Positions 25,593 through 39,035 of a DNA stretch of 64,000 nucleotides are shown piece by piece (the stretch's first letter is position 1; every line of letters starts with the position of its first letter). A model generated the notes under the pieces. That model saw only the letters and a program-made list of their open reading frames with translations, had not been told where the DNA came from and made no database searches. The position numbers and the translations under genes were made by a program. The stretch comes from Rotaria socialis (lineage: Eukaryota): positions 62,001 through 126,000 of the forward strand of contig CAJNYD010000322.1 in assembly GCA_905331295.1 (NCBI GenBank), written 5' to 3'.

Positions 25593-26558
25593 TTACAATT
25601 CATCGAAATCATCTCTTTCTTTTCGAATTCGTTCAAGTGCAGCTGAAACATGCTTTTCACGTGTATTAGTTGTTGTTATATTGACGAATACACTATTATC
25701 TGATAGATGATGAATACCTTTATGTCGTCCATTATTCCAAAGAGTTGTACGACCATTTTGAGAAGAGTTTGATTCATCACTATTGCTGTTATTATCATTA
25801 TTAGATACAAGAGATGAAGAATTAATATCATTTGATTGAGTTCTAAACATTTCGATTGATAACATTTACATAGAAATTTAATGGATTAGTTTTTCTCATA
25901 CTTTGAACGTTGTTTGTCGACATCAAAAGATTGCAATGATTGTTTTGATGTTTGGATTTGTCGATCAATCTTTGAAAAATAATCTTCATATGAAGAAGTA
26001 ATCGTTGTCATTGTTGGCGTAGAAGTTGAACTATCGGATCTTCGGATAGATGACATCGGTTCGTCTGTTGCAATTGCACTGGTTGAAGTTTTTCTAGGAA
26101 GATTAGTCGCTGGTGATGGATTTTGAACAATGTTTAATGTCGGATATAAGGTTCGTAGTGTCGATAATTGAGACGAGTTGACAGGAATATATACATTTTC
26201 AAGTAAACTTAATTCAGCATCTGACCATAATTTATTGACTCTTTTGATCTCTTGAATCTGGAAATTTAGATAAAATTATAAAAGTTATTTGAGATCTTTT
26301 TTCTTTCTATTTATTAAAAGAAACACTCACGTGGATGCTATATTTTAATGAAAGCCTTTGCATAGTATCATCTGATTGAACTTTATGACAAATATAGAAT
26401 TTAGGTTGTAATTGTGATTGTGATTTAGCCAAGCTACCATAATTACCGCCTGATCGTTTTGTACTGTGCATTACTTCGCTTAGAGCACGCCGTTCAGGTG
26501 GCGTCGTTGCTGAAGCCATTGGAGCGCCCGATGATATCTCGGTTGATATTTTATTCAT
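25593..26558 (-). CDS. LysM domain-containing protein (LYSMD1/2-like), 3 exons
   Basis: YGSL...HKVQSDDTMQRLSLKYSIH/IQEIKRVNKLWSD...VYIPV LysM motif; SYEDYFSKIDRQI; acidic C-terminus DFDEL. Confidence 0.82.
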
Positions 26559-27749
26559 TGAGTTTTTGACATCAAATAACTTGAGAGATCATAAAATGAC
26601 TTTTTAGGCTTGTTTTTAATTTTGCCTCTTTTACATGGATACAATTGATCGTCTTTCTCGTAGGCGTAGCTTGTGAAAGTAAATCGCTGACATATTGTCG
26701 ATTTCTATTGGTTGTATGTGCTCAAGTCATATTAGACTTATTTGGTCATGACTCTCTGACATCTATGGGAATGAATAAGTTACATTTGCTCCACTACTAC
26801 TGCACTCCTTTATGTATGCTTTTTTCAGATTCGACTACATGCTGTACTTCAAGAAAATATTCCATGTATTACTTTATTTGATTTAAAAAAAAGAATGTAG
26901 CTTTTATTGTATAATTTCACTTCGAAAACAAAAAAACCATTCGAACCAACACTGGCTTATAGCTCACCAAAAAAGTGTCACAATTAAAACAACTATAACA
27001 TAAATATTAATATACTTCCAAATTTGAAAATGGGGTGTGAAGATTGTTGTACACTTTTGTAATGCCCTGATAATAGTTCATCAAGATCAAACTAGCTCAC
27101 GTACAATATATTGCGCAGAATCCATCGCTAATATAGTGGCAGATGTAAAAAAAAATTACAAAATTCAATGCATTGGCAAGACTAGAGCAAGATCAAGGAT
27201 ATACATTAGGCAACGTCTTTGCTCCCACTGAAACTTATAATACACACCAATTATCTTTTTGTACCTAATTGAGATTCAAATGGATGGCTTATATGTTTAT
27301 ATTTTATAATTAACTTTAAAATCGACGAGTTCTCTAGCATATATATTACAACTTCAAAATATAAAATGTTAATCTTCAGGGATATTCTCATCTAGACAAA
27401 AAAATATAATCTTGTTCAAAATTCAATATGAGTTTTGCTGGCATTTTTGACTATTTGAACATTTGATAATCATTAATAAATTATTCAATCAAAACCTTTT
27501 TCATATTTGAGGAATGTTATTCTTTATTTTTTTTCTAGTCTTTTGACCAAAATGAAGTGACTAACGTAAGGTGAAGAAGTAGTAGAAGATATAGAAATCA
27601 ATGTCAACTTGAAGTATGATGAATAATCATAAATCGAGTTTTAAAGCTATAATGTGACTTACAAGGACTCCTCCATAAAAACTGGCAGGGAAAGTTTTAA
27701 TAATGTACTTCATTATTGGAAGTTCAGATCTTTTAAATATTCGATTTAG

Positions 27750-28380
27750 TACTAACGAGGAAAGGTCACAAAGTGTTCAATCGCATTTGCGTTGCAACTG
27801 CTTACATTATGTAGCTCCCAAGGAGGTATGAATATGCTGAAAATATTTTGGGCGGATAGCTTATTGTTACGAAAATAGACCATTTCTAAGGTATGGGTTT
27901 TAGTGAGAGCCTGGGGTCCTCCTCAGAAACATTAAAAAAAATTGATTTTCGAATTTCAACTTGAAACTTTACATAGAAAGACGCCTTACGGAGAACAACT
28001 TTTTGTGAACACTTCAGACCTTTCTACGCTTCCTATCACTAGACACAATTATTGTCAAATTTTAATTTTACATCTTCAAATAAAGTGGCAGATTTTATGA
28101 AAAAAAAATTCAATGGTCAAACACATTCATAAACCACAATTCTCGTTGAGCTCTATTCGCACATAAAATTTCAAATCTAAATTCGAAAATCAATTTTTCT
28201 AATGTTCCTGAAAGGGAGTACATCAATCATACAACAATGCCACAAAAACGGTTTATTTTCGTAACAATAAGCAATCCACCGAAAATATTTTCACCGTATT
28301 CATAACTCCTTGGGAGCTACATAAAACATGTAGTTTCAAAGAAAAACCGATTGAACACTTGGTTCTCTCGCACGAAAGTA
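27750..28380. mobile_element. Degenerate fold-back MITE, ~220-bp arms, possible TA TSD
   Basis: Mirrored blocks: aagtgttcaatcg/cgattgaacactt, tatgtagctcccaaggag/ctccttgggagctacata, ttattgttacgaaaata/tattttcgtaacaataa, aaaaattgattttcgaattt/aaattcgaaaatcaattttt. Confidence 0.82.
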
Positions 28381-28641
28381 AAAAATTGTTTCAATTAAAC
28401 GACGAACGGGATCATACAATGTGTAATGCGGATGGAGTTTTACATTCCATACAACCCTCTTCTAAACTAGAGAATTCTATCAACAATAGGATTCTCTAGT
28501 TTTCATAGGATAATACTATAGTCCACTTTAATCATTCACGTATGCTCACAAAAAAGTCCCAGTAAATCATACAAAACATATTTTCAACAGCTAATCTAGA
28601 TCTATAACATCGTAACATCGAAGATTAAAACACGGTTGTAT

Positions 28642-28760
28642 GCTTACGGCCATACCACGTTGAATACACCAGTTCTCGTCCGATCACTGAAGTTAAGCAA
28701 CGTCGGGCTCGGTTAGTACTTGGATGGGTGACCGCCTGGGAATACCGAGTGTCGTAAGCT
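28642..28760 (+). rRNA. 5S rRNA, copy 1
   Basis: GCTTACGGCCATACCACGTTGAA...GAAGTTAAGC...AGTACTTGGATGGGTGACCGCCTGGGAATACCGAGTGTCGTAAGCT, followed by an oligo-T Pol III terminator. Confidence 0.98.
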
Positions 28761-29282
28761 TTTTACTTTTTTCTTAATTCATTCAGGAAAAAAATCATCA
28801 TTCACACTCATAACTCTCAATATACTATTTAATTTTTTCCGAAACTATTGCATTCGCTATTTAAAGAACTGCAGTTTTTTTTTGAACACTCTTTCAGTCA
28901 ACATAATCAAAACACAAGCGATTTTAGCAAGCCATACACACAGATTAGTTACGTATGAAGGCTTCTGTATGCTCGCCAAGTTTTATAACACCCGCTATGA
29001 TTCTCGAATATCTGTCATTCTCATATTTTAAAGATGTATAGATTATTCAATAGGAACATGCTTGAATAATACAAACCTTGTTACTCGACGATATTCTCTC
29101 TCGGAACAGATAATCTTTTAACGGCAATTAGATTAAAAATATATGTTGTACAAATGTTTTGCATCATAACATTTTTATTGGTCATTTAGTTTCACAACAG
29201 TGCCCGATAATTATTTGCAAGAGTGTATGGACTGATTTACATCTAGGACATCGTAACATCGAAGATTGAAACACGGTTGTAT

Positions 29283-29401
29283 GCTTACGGCCATACCACG
29301 TTGAATACACCAGTTCTCGTCCGATCACTGAAGTTAAGCAACGTCGGGCTCGGTTAGTACTTGGATGGGTGACCGCCTGGGAATACCGAGTGTCGTAAGC
29401 T
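29283..29401 (+). rRNA. 5S rRNA, copy 2 (641 bp downstream, identical by eye)
   Basis: Same sequence as copy 1, with the ~45 bp upstream and ~280 bp downstream flanks also duplicated. Confidence 0.98.
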
Positions 29402-29681
29402 TTTTACTTTTTTCTTAATTCATTCAGGAAAAAAATCATCATTCACACTCATAACTCTCAATATACTATTTAATTTTTTCCGAAACTATTGCATTCGCTA
29501 TTTAAAGAACTGCAGTTTTTTTTTGAACACTCTTTCAGTCAACATAATCAAAACACAAGCGATTTTAGCAAGCCATACACACAGATTAGTTACGTATGAA
29601 GGCTTCTGTATGCTCGCCAAGTTTTATAACACCCGCTATGAATCTCGAATATATGCCATTCTCATATTTTAAAGACGTATA

Positions 29682-31150
29682 TGACGAGTAGAAAATCTTT
29701 TTCCTTTTCAATGTATGAGGGGGCATAAAAAAATCGAAATCATCACGAGTAGAAAACTGTTTTTCTCAATTCGTTCACGAACGTGTGGTAAAATCAACAA
29801 AAAAATCACCACTGGAAAAATATTTTCTTTGGATTTCTTCACCACCTAGCATCAAAATCATCAAAATCAGGAGAATTGGAAAATTGTTGTTCCGTATCGT
29901 TATATGATTGGGGATCAACAATATAAAAATCATGACTAGTCAAGAATGGTTTTTTGTTAATTCGTTCACCACCGGATATCAAAATCATCAAAACCGGGAG
30001 AAGCAGAGAATTGTTATTTTGAATTGGTATATGAATGGGTATCAAGTCATGTAATTCATCAAGAGTCAGCATTTGTCTTTTTGTAAATCTGTATGTGTGA
30101 GCAGCGAAGGGTGAAAATCGGCACGCGGTTCAGGATGGATTTTGCCGAATTGTGGTATATTGCGGCATTCGAATTGTCACCTGTTTTTTGTTGTTTGGAG
30201 TGTGTTGCTTGAAAAGTGGATTTGAAAATATGGAAATGAGAAGTTGTGAAGACTCATTTTTGTAGAGTGCGAGATGTATTGTTATGAAAATTATCATAAT
30301 GGACATTCAGAAGTAGCTGTTTTCGGTAGCGATTATAGGAAAGTGCAAGAAAATCTCGAGAAGATGCGATTGATGTAATGGCGCTTTGATAATATGTGAT
30401 GTAGACGAGTATGAAATGGTGTTTATTGGGAAGGACATTTATTGGATAATATTTGGTCATGTTGCGTTTCTCCTCTTGTTTTTTTTTCATTTGTAAAGAC
30501 GTATGCTGCTTATGTAAAATCCGTTTCAGTTTGTTTCTTGATAAAATATAAAGATAGGTCAATTTTTTGTTGATTCGAACTTTACTTACATATCGGTAGA
30601 AAGAAATATAATGAAATGCATTATCTAACAGTAATGTTGATACGGTGAACTGATTGAGGCATAAGACAATGAACGATATAGATGTTATGAAATGATTGTT
30701 TATGGAATTGGATGTTGAGTTTGCGATCATTTTTGGTATGGTGTAAGTGATGTTGTGGGCGGCGAGGGTGCTGTGTTTTTAAAATATTTGTTATGGAATT
30801 GAATGCTACCTTATTAAGCTGAAATTGTGTGTGTGGAGGCGTGAAATTGAGTAGGAGTGGGATGCCGGTTGCGGAACTGGTCTTGGAAATAATACGCAGA
30901 TGGGGCCGATGGTTTAGGGTTAGGAGTTGTTGAGTGGCGACAATCTGTAGAGACTCTTGAACGCTCTGTAATGTGTGGCGTGTTGTTTTGGATTGTTAAA
31001 TAATGATTGGGTGTATGCGACTTAGCTGAGTCATGTGGATAGGATAGATTTTGATAAATACTGATGATAAAAGAGCAGTATGAAAGTGTTTAGCAGCTTT
31101 GATATAGTTTTTTTCGGAGATGTGGTGGCTGGTGGGTCTTGATACTGGCG
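29682..31150 (-). mobile_element. Degenerate coding-like, strand-skewed segment, possible retroelement remnant
   Basis: Abrupt change to a G/T-rich plus strand where 5S-repeat similarity ends; broken intronless minus-strand ORFs (29839-30072, 30254-30730); no RT or endonuclease motif seen. Confidence 0.35.
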
Positions 31151-31580
31151 TAAATTTCGTCGAAGACAAACTTCTGGTTGAAATTTCATCGGATTTAACA
31201 TTTCCCTATAGGAACTTACTGAATTCTATGAAAACTGAGTGTATCAAATTTATTCGGATTCCTATTGTTGATTTTCGTCGGATCCTGTAGAACCCCGTGG
31301 GAATCGATGGATTCTTGTAGTAAGTCTATAGAATCCGAGTGTTGGAAATGGTCGGTTTATTGTCGGGTTTCGACTGTAGGATACGATGATTTCCCGATCT
31401 GGGTTCCTATAGGGAGTCCGTCTGTACGATCTCATGGGAATCCGACACCGAGGATTCGACTGTAGGTCCGTTACCCGGAATCCGATATAATCCTATAGGA
31501 TTTTGTTGAAATCCTATGAGAAACCGACGGGAACTCGATAGGACCCTATCGGTTCCTACTGTCGATTTGAATCTCCTGGG
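31150..31580. mobile_element. Partial MITE ending in CCTGGG (left end not found)
   Basis: Dense short palindromes (cctatagg, tcgga/tccga); ends tcgatttgaatctcctggg, similar in style to the neighbouring CCCAG...CTGGG element. Confidence 0.55.
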
Positions 31581-31857
31581 GAAATACTCATTTGGTTTAA
31601 TACTTATTCAAATTCTTTTATATTAGTTATCTCATGTTTTTTTCTTGGTTATATTCTTTTTATTCTTTTTTTCTGTCTTGTCGAACGTGCCCTATTCATC
31701 ATTCGTAATACCATTTAACCCATTTAACATTACCGCCATATTAAGACATCACGTGTTCGATGATATCACACCCTCTATAAGTCTCAACAGGAAGAGTAGA
31801 TCATGATAAAATTCTTTTTAGCCTAGGCCTGTTATAATTATAATTTCTTCTTTAATA

Positions 31858-32214
31858 CCCAGATCGTTCATTCCTACAATCGGATCTGAAAATGGGTTTC
31901 ATCGGATCTTACATGAAAACCGACAAAAACCAGCAGATTCCGTCCGATTCAGGGTTTCGGGCCGAGATTCGGATCCGTAGGATCGGAATCCAATATTATC
32001 GGATCGTATCCTACTCTGGGATCAGATGCGCCAAAAAAGTCTGCTATACTCAACTTCTAAAACGCTCTTTTGCACTAAATAGAACTTTGATATTTTTAAA
32101 ATTCTTCCGTCGAATCCGTCAATAGTTCCGAAACCCAGAATTCAACTGGATTTCCTCGGTTAGTAGGATGTTCTAGGATCCGATAGAATCCGTCGTCGGA
32201 TTAGTCGACCTGGG
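31858..32214. mobile_element. CCCAG...CTGGG MITE with 2-bp (TA) TSD, CMC/EnSpm-like non-autonomous element
   Basis: ta|cccagatcg...cgacctggg|ta; interior rich in ggatcc/tcgga subterminal motifs. Confidence 0.75.
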
Positions 32215-32216
32215 TA

Positions 32217-32404
32217 GACTCAAACGATCGTATACGGTCGTCGTTTACGGTCGTATACGATCGTGGGCTTTCGATCTGGGTATATGAAACTTTTTTCTCC
32301 AGGTCGTGCCAATACGGCCAGAAAACACGAAAAATCGTTAGAAATTCGAAGCAATATTTCGGCCGGTTTCAACAGTATCAATTCGCCGGAATTATTGACC
32401 TTGG
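32217..32404. mobile_element. Further related MITE fragments
   Basis: cgatcgtatacg...cgtatacgatcg palindrome ending cgatctgggta (32280-32282), then ccaggtcg...gaccttgg (about 32299-32404). Confidence 0.55.
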
Positions 32405-32832
32405 TTAAAGAGAGGATGCATTGAAAATCAGATTTAATATGTTTATTGGCCAACTGAAAAATTGTATGTATATTTTGACATTAAAAAATTCATCCAATAT
32501 TTTCAATTTTCATTAAAAAAAACCTGTTAACTAGAATACATTTGTAGATATATTTTCCTAAGTAATTGGCAAAAATATTGTAGATAACTGTTAAATCCAA
32601 AATGATTGGCATTCTAAAGTTGATTCTTTCTTCATATGTTGAATTTAGTTTAAAATATTTATTATATATTCTCGGTCTTGGCGTATTATACTGCCATCTG
32701 CCGCCATCACTCATTGCATATTATTTCCTTCAATGAAATTCTAAACAGACAATCAAGGAAAGTTGTAAAGATAATTCATTCATCAAAAAGAACAAGAGTG
32801 ATCGTTCATCATATATTATTAGAAGAATTCCA

Positions 32833-34872
32833 ATGTCTGGTAATCCTCCTTCCATCGTTCTTCTGCCATCATCTTCATCGCCAAGTCCAAATCCTTCTAT
32901 TCAAACTGCAAATGTTCATCCGATTGTTCGACCTCCTATCATTCTACATCAGCAAGGATCCCAACCGTCTGCATCTTCATCAATACCATTTAAAAATGTT
33001 ATTGTAAGACCATATCGAGATAGTATTCAACAAGCACTAATAACAACATCAACAACCAATGTTGACGTTAAACCAATCGTTTTACAATCGGTAATAACAT
33101 GAATTTGATAAAATTCTTATTTCTGACTTAATTATTCAGAGTGATAATATTGAACCACATCAACCAAACAAGCGAATCGCTCTCGATTCATCTGATTTCA
33201 ATAATTCTAATATATCATTTTCGGCTGTACCAAAATCTGAAGTCATGACTGTTTTACAACAAACTCAACCAGTGAATACACTATCGCTTGCTAAAATGGT
33301 TCCACAATCGCCATCGAACTCTACTTCTTTTTCAACTCTACGCTTAGTAACACCATCAACATTTGTTAATCCCAGTGAGATGTCTACAAGTAAATAAGTT
33401 AGAACTAGAAACGATTTTCAAAATGAACTAGATCTTCATTTTAGTAAAAACATCAGGTCAACAATTTTTTCTTCAACAACGGGGAAATCTTGTCATCACA
33501 CAGCCACTTGTTACGGTAAGTTTTTTTTTATCAAGACTAGCATTAATGATATTAGTATTTGAAGTCAAGCATTTTTCTAAACAAAAATACTCATGCTTTT
33601 TGGCGAAAATGATATGACTAGTTACAATTAAATTGATGTATTCAACATTTTATTTTCATTTTGCTCTATTATTTAGTTGCAAGTTCAACAAGATTCAAAT
33701 TCTGTTCAAAAAGAAAATAACAGTAATACGAATACGTTTTCAACAGAACAATCAAGTAATAATACAAGGTAAATTTGTCATTTTTTTTCTTATCTACTAT
33801 TCTAAATAAATGTATTTATCATTACAAAGAACAACTTGTGCTGATTACTTACCAGTTCAATATCAGCGAAAACCATGTAATTGTACAAAATCAATGTGTC
33901 TTAAATTGTAAGGCTATATGATAAAGCATAGTATAAAAAATTTGAATTTTTTTGTTACAAGATATTGTGATTGCTTTGCAAATGGACTTAACTGTCAGAA
34001 TTGTGCTTGTCTAAATTGTCACAATGATACAAGACATGAAGAAGAACGCACAAAAGCTATAGCTACTACACTTGAACGTAATCCTAATGCATTCAAATCA
34101 AAAATGTATAAATTTGGTTAGTATTTATATTATTTTCATTTATCAAAGGAAATATGCTTGATGTTTTTTTTTATATTTAGCTAATACAATCACTCCACAA
34201 CCAGATCGACCTCTGAAAGGTTGTAATGTATGTTTGAGTTGATATTGAATGAAATGCCAGATAAAATATTTTACTTTCTTTTTCTAGTGTAAAAAGTCAA
34301 GCTGTCACAAACGATATTGTGAATGCTATGAAGTAAATAGATTCTCTTTTACATAGTTTTATTTTAATCTTTATTTCTTAGTCACGAGTACCTTGTACTA
34401 GTTTATGTAAATGGTAAATTAATTCATAGTTTCAGGAAAATTATGCTTTTACGCTTTTATTTTTAGTATCGGATGTAAAAATACTGAACAATCAGTACAT
34501 CCGCTTAATGTTGGTTTTTATCGATCGGGTCAACCAAAAACAACAACTCAAACTCCACTCGATCAAATACCAAGAACAGGACCCCCAACAGAAACGTAAA
34601 ATATCTGTTTTGTTATTGATTTTTCTTTGAAAGCTTGTGCCATATGATTTAGTACCATTCCAAATAATGTGTTTAACATGGAAGTGACTGAAGCTTTAGC
34701 TACTTGTTTACTTGTAACAGGTCAACAATGCGAAATCAATCAAATGAATGAACTCGATTCAAACCTAGCTATACTGAAAGAATTTCAGAGATGTATGCAT
34801 CAAATTGTACAATCAGCACTTGGACGTCCTCGTAAGTTAAAGAAAACTAAAAATGACCTTGATTACCAATAA
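32833..34872 (+). CDS. LIN54: LIN54/tesmin-like CRC (CXC) domain protein
   Basis: Spliced [22 protein letters not shown]...C.C.NCHN...[10 protein letters not shown] and [36 protein letters not shown]-terminal [12 protein letters not shown]. Confidence 0.9.
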
Positions 34873-37662
34873 AAGTTCAGTACAGTCGCTTAGGCCATCC
34901 ATAATACAATTAGATAATAAATTTTCTAAAGAAAAACATGTGCAACAGCATTCGAATGATTCAATAATGATAAAAAGATCCAAATAGTATTTACAACTTA
35001 TTTTGATAAATTAAATTAAAATTCATTTTGAGAATAAATATTCTTGGAAAAATGATGATACAAATAAAAAAATTCGGTACAGATATAATTATGTTATCAT
35101 TTTATGTAGACGGCATATTTTTTCAGATGACTTCTTGTACTCTTTATATCAAAGTTAATATATATATTCAGTATCAGAGAGAGATTGAGGATGCCCCTAT
35201 TTTGGAAGAAACTGAAATTTTGACTGCTTTTTAATGGATCAAAACTTAAGAATAAGACACCTTTAATTTAATGAAATTTTAAACATTCTGTTGAAAAATC
35301 AAATCATCCGTTTTCATATTTCATTGGTAAATTTGTTTTATTTCATTTTCACAGCCATACTATCATCGTTCGACTAACATATTCGTCAGTGTTTGTCATT
35401 CATATTTATTATATTTGTCTTATCTAACAGTGACAGGTGCTTCTTCTCATATTGGTTCTACTAAAAAAACTGATTCATAGCAATTGATAAAATCACTCAT
35501 GTTAAACTTTATTTTCGTTTCATTTAACTGTCTGTATGTATCGACTGTATATTTCAAATAAATGTTTTACAAAATATGTTGAAAGAAAAAACGTTATTTT
35601 ATTTAACAACAATTAGGAAGACTTATTTTCAATATCATAGGCATCCATAAGATTTGATGTTGTCTTTTTTGTATAAGTTATGTCAGTTTTATAGCAAATA
35701 TTATAAAGACAAAAAAAGCAATTCTTATTGTAATTTTAATACCATTAAGAAGACGTTTTACTCATTATATCACTTGCTTGTGTTGAACACTTCATATCCT
35801 TATTGAACAAAAGCATTTGATCTAGAGAAAAAATAGTAGATAAACGATATTCTCAATACTAAAAGTTTCGTTTAGCATTGTGTTCTTGGACAATTCTTCC
35901 GATAGACCACAATCCTGGGTTTTTTTTCGACTTCTTCTCGATTACCTTTTGACCATAGATCACGATTGAAAAAGCTACCGCATATTTCAACAAGATTCTC
36001 AGCCATGTCGTATACATATATACCTACCCACGTGAGATTTTTATCAACAACTGTATCTACTTTAGCTTGTTCCAAACAATTTTTTCTTGCTAGACAAAAT
36101 TCTCTTGCAAGAAAATGTGCACTAGAAATCGATTGACGTAACTTGAATTCGTTCATTTCAAGTATTGATATTTTTTTCAAGAAACATATCAGCCTTGTGT
36201 GCTGCCCATTAAGTTTCCTCATATCGAATATCATCGAATTTTTTATCAACAGTAGCAAATATAAGACGAGATGTCTCTACACAACCATGCTCATTAAAAT
36301 AATATTGTTTGTAAGTTGACATTTTTATGTGTATGCACGGAATGGCAAGCAAGTTATGGATTTTATAAAATGTAATAGGAATAAATATTATTTCTTTGTT
36401 TTGCGTTTCAGTAAAGATGAAAAATGCAGAAAAGTAAGTAGAATATGACTGTCTGTATAATTTTTCATCATTATGAGTTCGAGAATAGAAACTATAAATA
36501 CTGTTAATCTCCAACACAATATTTACTTAAATACTTCTTCTGAATCTCGATTGTTCTTCTTTTATTTTATCGGGTACAAGCATTTAAAACATTTTCTAAT
36601 CGTTAGCCAAAGTATTCAATATAATAGTATACTATTCCAATTTAGTTCTACTAAATGTCATCGAAGTAAAAATGTTAGATTTAAAAACTTACCTACATCA
36701 AACCCATATGACCATTATTTTTTCCTGACCTGATTTAACATTTGATGAAATCCCAATTTGAATCTAAGATCATTGTCATGGTGAGACTGTGGTTGAAGAA
36801 TCATATGATATTTTTCCATGTTTATGACTTCGGATAGATTATAGTTTTAAGCATAGATATAGCAATGTTCCGCTGTTTCTCTAAATAAATAATGATAATT
36901 ATGTTGAAAAGAAAAACATCGATATCTCAATATATTCAAAGTTAAGTCTTTTGTTTTTATATTCTTTATGCACATATTGAATTTTTCACTATAACATTTT
37001 CAGTTTTTATGAAATATACTTTCATCAAAAGCTGAATGTATAGTTTTTTAGTATTTAAAAATTATAGTTTACTCTTTAGTGCTCGTTTTTATGAGATTAA
37101 TCAATAAACAAAAATGTTGAGATTAAATATGAACGACAAACTACTGAATCCAACTATATTACAGATTTTTAGAGCCGTATAGCTACATAATGGATATATT
37201 CAGATCATGCATTGTCAAAGAACAAAATGTTAGTTCATTTATGTCACTAATATACAGATAAGACTGATGAGACATGTTGTAACTTTATATTTACATAATG
37301 ACGTATATTGCAATATTGAATAGAACATTCTCAAAAGGCTTTGGTCTAAATAAAAGTGGACCTACAAATATTTCATTGTAAAAAGTCTACCCGATTACAT
37401 AATAAAATATCGCATTTTTCAATTTCGTTTTTTTGATTATGTTGATCATGTCCCTTGAATGCAATACAAGAAAAAAATTTAGCAGAGCACAGTCAAAAAT
37501 ACTTTCCCTTTCATATTATGTTTTGCCCTAGTGAAAATATGATAAAAGAATCTGAATTCATAAGTAATAAGATGAGCGCCAATAAGCCAAATAAAAGTAA
37601 TCTAAGAAAAACAAAATGAAGACAGTGATAAAAAGATTAACTTGATCATATTATAATAAACA

Positions 37663-38482
37663 TTACAAACAAATCAAGACCGTTATTAGAAAAATTATTG
37701 AAGAGCTCGAAATAACCAAGGCCACATTGATTGGAAGTGAATGTTGTAATATATCATAAACATATGGTAGTCTAGTTACCTCTCGCCGAGCGCTCATGAG
37801 TGCACCATGAGCATAACCATAAGAATCTGTACTTGTTGCTTCGCCGGCAAATAACAAGTGATTTTCAATGGGTTGGGCCAAATATGAAGGGTCTTTGTAT
37901 AGCTGATTTACTGAAAAATAAGAGTAAGATCCAGTGAAGAAAAGATCTAGTTTCCAATAAGTCATGAAACTATCGATAGGTGAAGGAACAGTTCTATTAG
38001 GGAACATTTTCTTGTAACGTCTGTCGGACTTGTTCAATTATTAGATCAGTAGCCAAATTTAGTTGGCTTTGCTGAAACTCTCGAGAAATAATATTCAGTT
38101 GATTTCCACCAGGCTTGGTCCCATAGCAAGATAACTTTGTCTAATATTCCAAAACCTAAACAGTCAATCTAGGTTTTATGTCAATTTTAGCCTGTTGTAC
38201 TAGTTCCCGCAATGGGTTAGTCATTAGACCAGCTGGAATTGATCCGTTAATGACATGTATTCATAGTACGCCCAGATAAAAATTATGATTATTTTTTGCT
38301 TTGATGGACCAAATTCGACCACCAATACGATTGCATCCTTCTAAGACAGTTGTTCGAATATTGTTTTGTTGCAATAAGCGAGCAGTTTCTAAACCAGATA
38401 AACCTACTCCAATAATTAAGACATCAGTCATAATTATATTCGATGAATCAAACTGTAATTGTGCTCTCCTCAAACGACGAAT
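37663..38482 (-). pseudogene. Flavin-containing amine oxidase pseudogene (internal deletion, stops and frameshifts)
   Basis: N-terminal DVLIIGVGLSGL...VLEGCNRIGGRIWS, mid fragment LGFGILDKVILLWDQAWW, C-terminal LLFAGEATS...GYAHGALMSARRE plus hydrophobic tail, all within only ~0.8 kb and in different frames. Confidence 0.8.
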
Positions 38483-38886
38483 CTGAAAAGCATTCTACAT
38501 TTATCTGATTCTCGGTAAAAACTAAGTTATCTCACAGTTTTCTCTACTTACATTTGGATAGTACTCTTGAAAATGACTAACTGCCATGGTATATAAAGCA
38601 AAAAATAGTAACACTTGCATGATTTTATTTCAAGTAACAAATGCGTGTTAAATTCTTATGCGATAAAAGATTCTCAAATATTTATAGGGTACTGATTTAA
38701 AACATTTGTTGCATCAAGTGGTATCAAGAGATTACTCAACCGTCATTTACAAATATGAGTATGACTATTTAAACGGAAGTGTAATTTATTCGCTACGAAA
38801 TAAAATAAATCTTGAATCACATAAATTTTCTGTTTAAAAGATCTAAAATGTTATTAGATTATGATAGGATAAAAGTCTAAAGAGTA

Positions 38887-39035
38887 CAAGGGAGAAAAGC
38901 GCGACTTCCATCCATCACATACGTCCCTCGTACTCCCCTCTTATCCCATTGTACTTGTACTGTCACCTGCATCCATCGTACTTCTCATCATACTTTAAAA
39001 AAATTGAAGTACAAAAGTCGCACATTTTCCCATTG
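38887..39035. mobile_element. Small degenerate MITE
   Basis: Imperfect ~21-bp TIRs caagggagaaaagcgcgactt / aagtcgcacattttcccattg around a C-rich interior. Confidence 0.55.

Noticed and set aside
28960..28980. GGCTT-N11-CCAAG in the 5S spacer (also 29601-29621), spaced like the rotifer spliced leader as I recall it; SL RNA genes are 5S-linked in some phyla
   Set aside because: The middle 11 nt mostly mismatch, and there is no following AG|GT donor or clear Sm site. Probably coincidental.
31061..31085. CTGATGA...GAAA resembling a hammerhead ribozyme core (a CTGATGA also occurs at ~37264)
   Set aside because: Stem II does not pair and flanking stems I/III could not be built.
31265..32453. Short ORFs (31265+, 31892+, 32220-)
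   Set aside because: Chance frames within GC-richer MITE sequence.
35760..36890. Broken minus-strand ORFs (35872-36258, 36209-36517)
   Set aside because: Possibly a decayed gene, but no family could be recognised.
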